DNA from: a virus
Lineage: Duplodnaviria; Caudoviricetes
Length of the DNA: 64,000 nucleotides
IMG/VR virus record: IMGVR_UViG_3300025676_000014
Span: 6,306-70,305 of that record
Reading direction: 5' to 3' (one strand)
Shown here: positions 56,901-64,000 of the stretch, one piece after another
Layout of the letters: every line of letters starts with the position of its first letter
How positions within the stretch are numbered: position 1 is the first letter of the stretch
The notes under the pieces: model-generated
What the model saw: the letters and a program-made list of their open reading frames with translations, nothing else
Databases searched by the model: none
Told to the model about the DNA's origin: nothing
Translations under genes and position numbers: made by a program

Positions 56901-59900
56901 TGGCAACTGGGTTACTGCGTTTGATAACGATAAAAATGCGGCTGGTTTTTGGGGGAAACTGTTTAGGGGTTTGGTGAGAACGATCACCCTTGGGCAATAC
57001 GGTTTCGTCTTCGACCCAAGAGTTACTGTTCCAATAAATCAACCTGCTAAAGAATTACTAAATAATTATAATGATTTAAGACTTTACCCCTACAAAGAGT
57101 TTACTGAAATAAATTCCTCTTCAACAGTGTCGGTTTATGATTTTCTTGCTGAGGGGGACATCAAGAAGGATGGACACCTTGCGGGGCATAGGATAGGAGC
57201 CATAGCTCCCACCAAGCCTCTTCAGGGCGGCGCTTTTTGGGCGCAGGAAGATTCATCAAATTTCATAAAAAATCATCAAAAAAACTTAAAAGCCGCGTAC
57301 CAAATGGTCGCAGACAAAACTGGAATTTACGCTTGGGACGAGCTTAAAGAGGGCGCTTTAAAAATAGAACCAGTTCTATCGAAAAATTTAACGTTCTCTG
57401 GAATGTGCTACCCGCACGTAACGCAATACGATGTTGCAAAGAAAAGCTACTTGATTGGCACTGAATATGAACCGCTTGGAACATGGCATCCAACAGCAAA
57501 CACAGAGTGGCAACTAGAGCAGGAAATTTCGATAGGAAGAGACACTAACAATTCAGCAGATGATGGCAGTGCTGCTCATTTGCCGAAGGGGAATATGGTT
57601 CAAGCTACTCGGGCAAGCAGCCCCGTGAACACGCTGCCAAATGCAACCAGAAAAACACTGCACAAAGGGTTCGAAGCAAACAAAGAAGTTTACATAAGCA
57701 AAAACGCAGAATGGAAATCGTTAAGCGAGAAGCTTCACGGCTCGATTCTGCATGAGTCTGAAAAATGGCCACTCGTTCACATAGAGGATATTAGTTATCA
57801 CATCGAGATGACTAAAAGCGGGATTCCCGCTGGGGCTGGAGATTTTTTAATTGGAGATCTTCAATCCAAAAGCCAAGAAGATCTCAACAAAGCAACGATG
57901 GACGTTAAGGGCTATGTTGATCAAGCTACGACGAATCGGGGACTTGGCTACTGGGACAATGACGGCACAATGGAGCCTTTTGATAGTGACAATCTTAAAA
58001 GTAATTTTTCCATCCCTCACTCAAAAGACAAAAATACTAAAGGCGGCAACTCTATGATCTCTGGAGCCTTCTCCAGTACAGCTGGAGCAGCCTACACAAG
58101 CGCGGAAACTCAATACACAAAATATAAAAAATACATCAACATGTTCCACTACACTGGAGTCGCCAAGTACAAAGAAGGAACCAGATTTATAAGTGAGGAA
58201 GAGACTTTAGGAACTTACAAAAACCCGTGGGAAAAAACTGCTTATCATGCAACGAGTGGCCCAGAAGCGACCCAGCTCGCTTGGAATCAATTAGCCGCCG
58301 TTGAGGGTTGGAATACAGCGCAAACAACTCTCGCGTCAGACCTTAGCCCGCTAGCCGTCTCTGGAATAAAATCTGGGCCAGACTATGAAACAGCCGTATA
58401 TAATGCGGCGGAAAACACTTGGAGCCCAATTGACCCAAGTCTAGTGGGCTGGACTAATTATACCATCAATGGGGGTTTTTCCAAGGGGCACAATTTAACA
58501 GCCGCAAACAACGCGTTGGCTATAAAAAAAGCCGCCTTGAGTATTTACAGTGACGACGGCTGCGCTTGGCAAACTGCTCAAGTATCATTTAGCGGGTCAG
58601 TAACTGGAAGGGGAACATCTAAGACGATTGCTTTAACAGCGGCTATGACTGCTTTAAACGCTTATAGCGAGACGCAATACGATTTGTATGGCTCAGGAAT
58701 GAATGGCGATAGAATTAGCCCAGTAAATACAATGGGAACAGACAAGTATAACTTCTTTAATACGGGAGTTACGACATGGGAAGATGGCTCATCAGTGTCT
58801 CCAGTAGCTCTTTTTGACCCTTATGATAGCTCCTCCATGAACTTGGGGTGGACTAGTAGAATTTTATACAGAGCACTGAAATGCGGTTGTATTCCCGCTG
58901 AGCACGTTTGTGAAAGCGATATGACTGCGAGCTCTTGCCCAGAAATAAGCGCTAGCTCATCAATTCATGATCTGCACGACAACTGCGAGTCAACAGACTG
59001 TGAAGTCAGCGTTTTGGAGGACGGCGGATTGGGCGTCTCAACGAATTGGGTAACCGCCGTGGGTGATGTGAGAAATTCCATCTATGACGCTATAAGGACG
59101 AGGCTGGTCGCGCAGGAATATAATAACGCTAACAACACCTCGTGCAACACCCACGCTGCTGCTGGTGCTGTTGGGTCTTACAGCTTTAGCAACATAGGAA
59201 CAAGTCTAGCTGTGTATCCGAACTTTGGCGCGCTTTGCAACATCTCGGATAATTACACGGACATAAGTTGGCAAGATGGAAACGATGTGGGTACACCTCC
59301 CACTTGGAGCACAAACGGTTTACGCACCGCGTCACAAGCTGACGCGGCTATCTCCCACAGTGATGTTGGCGGCTTTAATATCTACCAAATTATTAATTTA
59401 AAAGATTGGACCGCAGGTACTGGAGATAAAGATATTTACGTAATGGAAGAAGTAGACATGATAAACGGGACCATCACCGACGGAAAAACCGAGTGCGACG
59501 GAACTGTGAGTGGTCGCAACGGAGACGCTAGGAGGGATTTAGTTAGGTATGGATATAGAACTGCTGTTTTCTCTCCTAATGACATGAGCGATCTTAATGG
59601 GGGGTGGGATGGAAGTTCAATATTGGGCACTACAACAACCCCTCTTATCGCTCCAGTTGTTATCACTGGCTCTGGTGACTGCCCACTTTACGACACGGAG
59701 ATATTCAAGACGGTTGTAACTGGCAGAATTGATAATTCTAAAGCTCAGTGCTTTATACCTTTAGCTGGGAATGAATACAAAGGCAGAATGATTGCTTCGG
59801 GTTACGTTCCTACTATAACTGGTATTTGCGACTGGTCTTCTAAAAAGCGGCAAATTTATTGGGATAAGACTTCAATCGACATGGGTCTAGTAGCACCAGA

Positions 59901-61128
59901 GGACTCTGCGGGTTGGGGGAGCGACTTAAAGAAACCATATATGAGCGGAACAGTTGACGCTAAGGAAAGCTATTTGGTAAATTACCCAAAAGGAATAAGT
60001 GGACTGTTTAGTCCCAAGGCTAGTATAACTGGCGCTGCCAAAGATGCGAAGGAGAAAAAATCTAAACCACACCAAACTTCGATCACGAAAAATACAGACT
60101 TAAATCAGCAAGTTAGCTCGCTTAAAATTTCAGGAATAAATTCATTGATAACCGTGCCAGGCGAAAAATACAGCCCAGTATTCTTAGGCGGGTGGCCAAT
60201 CAAAAACCAAACAAACGTAGACGCTAGTAAAAACTTTCAGGAAAAATCAGTATTTGGCAAGAAAGTTATAGTGCTTCAGCCCGCTGACCGCAGAAACGCG
60301 CCTGAACACTGGCAGGGAATAAAGAATAAGCAAGCGAAAATACTTAATCGGGCTTTATTTGGCAAAAGCAAAAGCAAAAAGGCCGAAGAAAAAGAATCCA
60401 ATATTGTGATCTTGACTAGCCAAAAGGATTTTCAGGAAGAAATTGCTAAAGCTAAAACTGCCCCCAACTTAGCCAATATGAAAAACGGCATAATAAAGAT
60501 AACTTTCAAAGGAAGCCTAGGTGGGATTTTGAGCTATACTAAAGGGGGCGGAAAAGAAATCAATTTGGACTCAAGTTATCTCTTGGGTGGCTCTCAGCAC
60601 GACGAATCAGACGGGACTTACAATTATGCTTATGTCGAGTTTGAGCTGCAAGCTGCCGCGTGCGATCAATGCATGGCTTCTCCAGTCGGAATAGGAACCA
60701 GCGACAATCATGTTGAAGCTGATGACGAAGTCGTGTTCTACGGTGAAAATTACAGACACATGGTTCAGGTTGATTGGGAGCTCCGATCAGGCGGGTGGGC
60801 ATTTGAGGTTCCATATCTTGAGCCAGGTGTGACCGTGGATCAGCAGGGCAAGCCAGTAACGACGCAGAACTGGTGGGATTATATCACTGATGACTTTATG
60901 ACCGCGTCACACGGAAATGCATATACAGGTCACTACGCGGCTTGGGGTATGCCTTTTGAGGGTGATACAACGCAATTAAATTGCACGTCTAACGAGAAGG
61001 GGGAAAACGATCAAGTGTCTAAATATGATAAAATATTCGATTTCCACTTAAATTTTAGTCAAGAAACAGCAAGCTATACAGCTCTCAAGAAGAACGGCGG
61101 AAATGAAATAAATTTTAAAAAACCTTAA
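53965..61128 (+). CDS. giant 2387-aa putative virion protein (possibly extended by splicing)
   Basis: Single open frame in the structural module; IRVLTRGSGY..PPQVTF and IKILDPGFGF..APIV motifs seen in phage tail/baseplate proteins; many Cys pairs. Confidence 0.75.
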   Translation: MGKVFLRINTNNNDGIPTDAVSFVDGAGSADHTATGDDSKNPRVKVLTPSAEDYTHNGGTGFTADAIIILNEGSTTVGKIDAIRVLTRGSGYGTADGPSTAPPQVTFGSEIFTAVLGTGEPDAESVLIAENGGRVNTDTLFFVKKGDGKPDVGNDDFSALFGAGANEINASEFAIFNPYQKHIDYDDLKGFATNVITTAGAFATLSSIGEMRSQVTEANRKIVASNLQVDKFNLSLTQGYESERIAAEEAARQAFEDDLVNFQNTTGNDILQFSNNNPGSNAVDPVWQSIATTISNLLPFFQAIANMTGSPIPGINTNFSGNQDAINFYNSLDSTENSQRFFPSMGSPQYPSKPNFLSQNNSRVAMPKSFGAYEGIAKGFIYKALCFAGVAALGHLYELLNRSNNSSSETSVIKLNHSANCFAPKDTDGVFVEWFKTNCRQHDIIGGLKTMISGVISIFNSIVASLGDKNGILSDDARHIAALMAAAGSSSMVESLKSTYVLLGDWVDEARASPHWNSGRGAFTPDERAYIQKLDMIRGIIATKLDEIAYHYNAEKYVAKPQIFKITMAVGSKAGYAEGIGGEFNGLVHPNAPEDGTSRGSFEKEKNLARQTGSTVDPQSPHGQCERESIFSGGPLCEIYGNKTTGKQAQVELVFALNEAARSELIDIKILDPGFGFLYAPIVRLHPDVWMKLTGAAKTVIVESIGVTKGPDLSKIGLAKESQEPFNVAIAEMGAQAAFNKWTGIQDELVEFSKSLNRLFDTDLLSTKNLEGSSPMRKVSDLKLNPIRKSFHSVTDDSWEQAAAGRKRGLNSIAIRTNIIDKIAGKGVKGTDLSKNKLCAFDFFHFDIGKCDPVEITSMNDDLANTFFKDPQSYLLATAKQKISESICQKKACGVVHAYSEAPTVGEGDDALCGNSTVTYNMHPTAEWWFNSDSGGAGIIKEFLGSSDIKEDIRIGNAKPSWASFNAGAQGDSSLPPVFGNWVTAFDNDKNAAGFWGKLFRGLVRTITLGQYGFVFDPRVTVPINQPAKELLNNYNDLRLYPYKEFTEINSSSTVSVYDFLAEGDIKKDGHLAGHRIGAIAPTKPLQGGAFWAQEDSSNFIKNHQKNLKAAYQMVADKTGIYAWDELKEGALKIEPVLSKNLTFSGMCYPHVTQYDVAKKSYLIGTEYEPLGTWHPTANTEWQLEQEISIGRDTNNSADDGSAAHLPKGNMVQATRASSPVNTLPNATRKTLHKGFEANKEVYISKNAEWKSLSEKLHGSILHESEKWPLVHIEDISYHIEMTKSGIPAGAGDFLIGDLQSKSQEDLNKATMDVKGYVDQATTNRGLGYWDNDGTMEPFDSDNLKSNFSIPHSKDKNTKGGNSMISGAFSSTAGAAYTSAETQYTKYKKYINMFHYTGVAKYKEGTRFISEEETLGTYKNPWEKTAYHATSGPEATQLAWNQLAAVEGWNTAQTTLASDLSPLAVSGIKSGPDYETAVYNAAENTWSPIDPSLVGWTNYTINGGFSKGHNLTAANNALAIKKAALSIYSDDGCAWQTAQVSFSGSVTGRGTSKTIALTAAMTALNAYSETQYDLYGSGMNGDRISPVNTMGTDKYNFFNTGVTTWEDGSSVSPVALFDPYDSSSMNLGWTSRILYRALKCGCIPAEHVCESDMTASSCPEISASSSIHDLHDNCESTDCEVSVLEDGGLGVSTNWVTAVGDVRNSIYDAIRTRLVAQEYNNANNTSCNTHAAAGAVGSYSFSNIGTSLAVYPNFGALCNISDNYTDISWQDGNDVGTPPTWSTNGLRTASQADAAISHSDVGGFNIYQIINLKDWTAGTGDKDIYVMEEVDMINGTITDGKTECDGTVSGRNGDARRDLVRYGYRTAVFSPNDMSDLNGGWDGSSILGTTTTPLIAPVVITGSGDCPLYDTEIFKTVVTGRIDNSKAQCFIPLAGNEYKGRMIASGYVPTITGICDWSSKKRQIYWDKTSIDMGLVAPEDSAGWGSDLKKPYMSGTVDAKESYLVNYPKGISGLFSPKASITGAAKDAKEKKSKPHQTSITKNTDLNQQVSSLKISGINSLITVPGEKYSPVFLGGWPIKNQTNVDASKNFQEKSVFGKKVIVLQPADRRNAPEHWQGIKNKQAKILNRALFGKSKSKKAEEKESNIVILTSQKDFQEEIAKAKTAPNLANMKNGIIKITFKGSLGGILSYTKGGGKEINLDSSYLLGGSQHDESDGTYNYAYVEFELQAAACDQCMASPVGIGTSDNHVEADDEVVFYGENYRHMVQVDWELRSGGWAFEVPYLEPGVTVDQQGKPVTTQNWWDYITDDFMTASHGNAYTGHYAAWGMPFEGDTTQLNCTSNEKGENDQVSKYDKIFDFHLNFSQETASYTALKKNGGNEINFKKP

Positions 61129-61169
61129 TAGGTGAAAAAAGAAATTGATAAGAAATAATTGGAAAACCT

Positions 61170-61415
61170 CAATTAATTGGGGTAACATACATTAAGATTG
61201 GCCATATTGGGTGAATTCGGTGAAACTCTTAGAGATAAGACAATACCGAGCCAAGCTAGAGACGGGTTTAAACTCTCTAGAAGGTGTAGAGACTAGGCGG
61301 TGAGTCCCAACGATAACCCGCCCACGAGCGCCCAACACCGAAAGGTGAAGATATAGTCCGAACTGCGTGGTGACGCGCAGAAGCTGTAATTAAAAAAGCA
61401 GTGATAACATAATTG
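61170..61415 (+). ncRNA. group I self-splicing intron without homing endonuclease (alternative 5' end at 61126)
   Basis: P GAATTCGGTGAAA 61213, Q AATACCGAGCCAAG 61242, R GGTGTAGAGACTA 61283, S GAAGATATAGTCC 61347; P3 TTGGGT/GCCCAA; P8 CACC-GAAA-GGTG; P9 hairpin; terminal TTG. Confidence 0.92.
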
Positions 61416-61493
61416 GGTCACCTTGAAGCTGCCATGTACAAATGTGCTTCTAGGCAAGTTGCCACTTGTTTAAGCTGTCAGGGTATCGGCTAA
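61416..61493 (+). CDS. putative 3' exon GHLEAAMYKCASRQVATCLSCQGIG
   Basis: In frame with the 2387-aa ORF if splicing occurs at CCT|TAA (61125/61126). Confidence 0.45.
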   Translation, partial: GHLEAAMYKCASRQVATCLSCQGIG

Positions 61494-61513
61494 ACCAAAT
61501 AAAGGAAGTAAAT

Positions 61514-61897
61514 ATGCCAAGGAAAAAGGAAAACAAAACAACGAAAGCTAGCCAAAAAAAGAGCGCGAATTTAAAAGATTTGTCTCAAGCCCACGGAAAA
61601 GAAGAGGAGGTCCAATCAACAAGCTTGGATCAAATCTGGGGTGATACTGGCGTAGGAAAATACAAAACCCTCAACAGAGATGAGTACGAGACTCAGCTTA
61701 GCGACATGAACAAAAGCGATCTTCAGACCCACGCCACGAAGGTAGGCTTGGTTCCCGTAGATGACGCTGGACTATTGAGAAAAAGACTTCTGAGAGAGTT
61801 CTCAAAACATATTTCAGCCTATAAAGTACCCCAAACAAACACTGGGGACAAAAAAATGTCAAAAGCTGCCTTTAAAATACTTAGCGAGGGAAAATAA
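61514..61897 (+). CDS. hypothetical protein with LEM/SAP-like helix-extension-helix
   Basis: LSDMNKSDLQTHATKVGL; ATG at 61514. Confidence 0.6.
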   Translation: MPRKKENKTTKASQKKSANLKDLSQAHGKEEEVQSTSLDQIWGDTGVGKYKTLNRDEYETQLSDMNKSDLQTHATKVGLVPVDDAGLLRKRLLREFSKHISAYKVPQTNTGDKKMSKAAFKILSEGK

Positions 61898-61938
61898 TAA
61901 CTTCATAACCTCCATACAGGTGTAAATTTAAGTTAGTT

Positions 61939-62277
61939 ATGGCGGCGCATTATGATTTAAATATTACAAAAGGGTCATCTTTTACAGTGAGATTACTGGC
62001 CCAAGATACTGGCGGCTCCGTCATCGACTTAACAAACTGGAGCGTTCGCGGTTACGCTAAAATTAAGTATTCAGAATCTAATCTACTTGTTGATTTGAAC
62101 CCGCAGAAAGTCGCCCCATACTCTAACGGTTACATAGACATACAACTTACGGCAGCGACAACCTCAACCCTCCCAGTTACTGAAGGGGTTTACGATATAG
62201 AGATGTACGATGATAGCGGCTACGTAGATAAACTTTTAGCTGGATATGTAAGAGTCTACCCAGAAACGACATACTGA
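61939..62277 (+). CDS. BppU-like / tail adaptor domain protein
   Basis: [12 protein letters not shown]......G..IDLT.WS.RG..K; GVYDIEM...GYV..LL.G.V.VYPE. Confidence 0.6.
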   Translation: MAAHYDLNITKGSSFTVRLLAQDTGGSVIDLTNWSVRGYAKIKYSESNLLVDLNPQKVAPYSNGYIDIQLTAATTSTLPVTEGVYDIEMYDDSGYVDKLLAGYVRVYPETTY

Positions 62278-64000
62278 TGAGTCATATAACTACAGGTATA
62301 GTTCCAGGTAATGTTCCAACGGTAGTTCCTATCGCGGGAATGAATGCTACCATTCTGGTTAGCGGCGCAACTGGACCGAGCGGCGCTGACGGGGTCACTG
62401 GCCCCTCGGGCGCTACTGGCGCTGCGAGCACGGTGGCTGGCCCAGCAGGAGCTACTGGCCCAGCAGGAGCTACTGGCCCATCTGGAGCTACTGGCGTTTC
62501 AGGTTCTGCGGGTGCTGCTGGTTCGACTGGCCCAGCGGGAGCCACTGGCCCATCTGGAGCTACTGGCGTTTCGGGTTCTGCTGGCTCTGCTGGCGCTGCG
62601 GGCGCTGCTGGTGCGACTGGCCCAAGCGGGCAGGTCGTTGGAGGAATTGTTTCTGGGAACATGACCATGAGTGGGAATATTTACGCCGCTCAAAGTGGCG
62701 TTTATGACATTGGTCAAGCTTCTTCCCCGTTTAAAGATTTATATTTAAAAGGAAATTCAATCCACTTAGGACAAACGACACTAAGCTCTTCGGAAAATGG
62801 TCAACTTAAAGTCTCTGGCCAAGGAGGCGGAGTCTCCGTCTTTGTCCTAACTGGGAGCTCAAGCTCTGGTGCTGCTGGCGCAACTGGACCGAGCGGCGCG
62901 ACTGGACCGAGTGGCGCGACTGGCGCAGCGGGTGCAGCGGGAAGCGCTGGCTCTGCTGGTGCTGCTGGCGCAACTGGACCGAGCGGCGCAACTGGCGCAG
63001 CGGGTGCAGCGGGAAGCGCTGGCTCTGCTGGTGCTGCTGGTGCAACTGGACCGAGTGGCGCAACTGGCGCAGCGGGTGCAGCGGGAAGCGCTGGTGCTGC
63101 TGGTGCTGCGGGAGCAACTGGCCCCGCTGGTGCTGGAGGTTCTGCTGGCGCAACTGGACCGAGCGGTCTGTCGGGCGCGGTGGGAAGTGCTGGCGCTGCG
63201 GGAGCTACTGGTCCTGCGGGCGCAGGAGGAAGCGCTGGCTCTGCTGGTGCAACTGGACCGAGCGGCGCGACTGGCGCAGCGGGTGCGGCGGGAAGTGCTG
63301 GCGCTGCGGGAGCTACTGGCCCTGCGGGTGCAGGAGGAAGTGCTGGCGCTGCTGGCGCAACTGGACCGAGTGGCGCAACTGGCGCAGCGGGAAGCGCTGG
63401 CGCTGCTGGCGCGACTGGACCGAGCGGCGGACCAACAGGGGCCACTGGGCCAACAGGCCCAGCGGGAACTGCTGCGGCAGCGGGCGTTGACGGACAAATT
63501 CAATACAACAATGGCGGCTCCGCAATGGGCGGCGCTTCGAGACTTTACTACAACGACTCCACAAATAAAATTGGCGTAGGCGACGTTCCTTCTCCGACTT
63601 ATCAACTTCATGTTTCTGGAGATATATTAGCAACAACTAATATTCATGCCTCTGGAAAATTATATGTCGCTGGGCCAACGGAGGTTGCCACGACAGGCAG
63701 CTACGTAAGATACAATAACGCGACAAGCGAATACGAATTTACAACAGCAACAATTTTAGGACCGACTGGCCCTGCGGGCGCAGGAGGAAGTGCTGGCGCT
63801 GCTGGTGCAACTGGACCGAGTGGCGCAACTGGCGCAGCGGGAAGCGATGGCTCTGCTGGCGCTGCTGGCGCGACTGGACCGAGTGGCGCAACTGGCGCAG
63901 CGGGAAGCGATGGCTCTGCTGGCGCTGCTGGCGCGACTGGACCGAGTGGCGCAACTGGCGCAGCGGGAAGCGATGGCTCTGCTGGTGCAACTGGACCTGC
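62277..64000 (+). CDS. collagen-like (Gly-X-Y) fibre protein, open at the window end (not in the ORF track)
   Basis: ATG 62277 overlaps the upstream TGA; [11 protein letters not shown]... then [19 protein letters not shown] blocks interrupted by globular segments; no stop found. Confidence 0.9.
   Translation, partial: MSHITTGIVPGNVPTVVPIAGMNATILVSGATGPSGADGVTGPSGATGAASTVAGPAGATGPAGATGPSGATGVSGSAGAAGSTGPAGATGPSGATGVSGSAGSAGAAGAAGATGPSGQVVGGIVSGNMTMSGNIYAAQSGVYDIGQASSPFKDLYLKGNSIHLGQTTLSSSENGQLKVSGQGGGVSVFVLTGSSSSGAAGATGPSGATGPSGATGAAGAAGSAGSAGAAGATGPSGATGAAGAAGSAGSAGAAGATGPSGATGAAGAAGSAGAAGAAGATGPAGAGGSAGATGPSGLSGAVGSAGAAGATGPAGAGGSAGSAGATGPSGATGAAGAAGSAGAAGATGPAGAGGSAGAAGATGPSGATGAAGSAGAAGATGPSGGPTGATGPTGPAGTAAAAGVDGQIQYNNGGSAMGGASRLYYNDSTNKIGVGDVPSPTYQLHVSGDILATTNIHASGKLYVAGPTEVATTGSYVRYNNATSEYEFTTATILGPTGPAGAGGSAGAAGATGPSGATGAAGSDGSAGAAGATGPSGATGAAGSDGSAGAAGATGPSGATGAAGSDGSAGATGP

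Noticed and set aside
61201-61415. Homing endonuclease in the intron
   Set aside because: All peripheral loops are short and there is no ORF
61466-61513. TTG start extension of the 61514 gene
   Set aside because: Overlaps the putative 3' exon; the ATG at 61514 follows AAAGGAAG and is the better start
62282-63990. Multiple Ala/Pro/Gln/Arg-rich ORFs in other frames
   Set aside because: Shadows of the Gly-X-Y repeat gene, which the track missed because it has no stop in the window
1-64000. Stop-codon reassignment as seen in some large phages
   Set aside because: Terminase, portal, capsid and the 2387-aa gene are all intact in the standard code, and genes end in TAA, TAG and TGA

Overview
Segment of a large dsDNA tailed-phage genome in the standard genetic code, with no host chromosome, CRISPR array or IS element detected. 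0-7 kb: auxiliary genes (methyltransferase end, HAD phosphatase, ClpP, saccharopine-dehydrogenase family), then rIIA and rIIB separated by a minus-strand signal peptidase cassette. 8-30 kb: early/accessory region of small ORFs with RuvB, tRNA-Arg(TCT), DUF932, GP88-like, SleB-like hydrolase and an ArfA-like peptide; 23.85-28.9 kb is on the minus strand. 30.6-64 kb: GT9, PhoH, sigma factor, ERCC4 nuclease, terminase, portal, tail proteins, prohead protease, capsid, YHYH protein, a 2387-aa protein followed by a group I intron, and a collagen-like fibre running off the edge. The most unusual signals are non-coding: (1) ten copies of a symmetric module, CTTGAC-N5-GCCGGGCWGCCCGGC-N5-GTCAAG, most flanked at 6 bp by DnaA-box-like 9-mers and lying upstream of early promoters; (2) three promoter classes: sigma70 with a CTTG-N9-CAAG operator, a GTRGGAC-N7-GTCYYAC palindrome plus extended -10, and a GTGTAA late motif; (3) an rrn-style operon of three structured, non-canonical RNAs separated by AACAATTT linkers; (4) a group I intron with two alternative 5' splice sites, one of which would extend the giant protein. 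All family assignments come from recognising motifs by eye; no database searches or folding programs were run.
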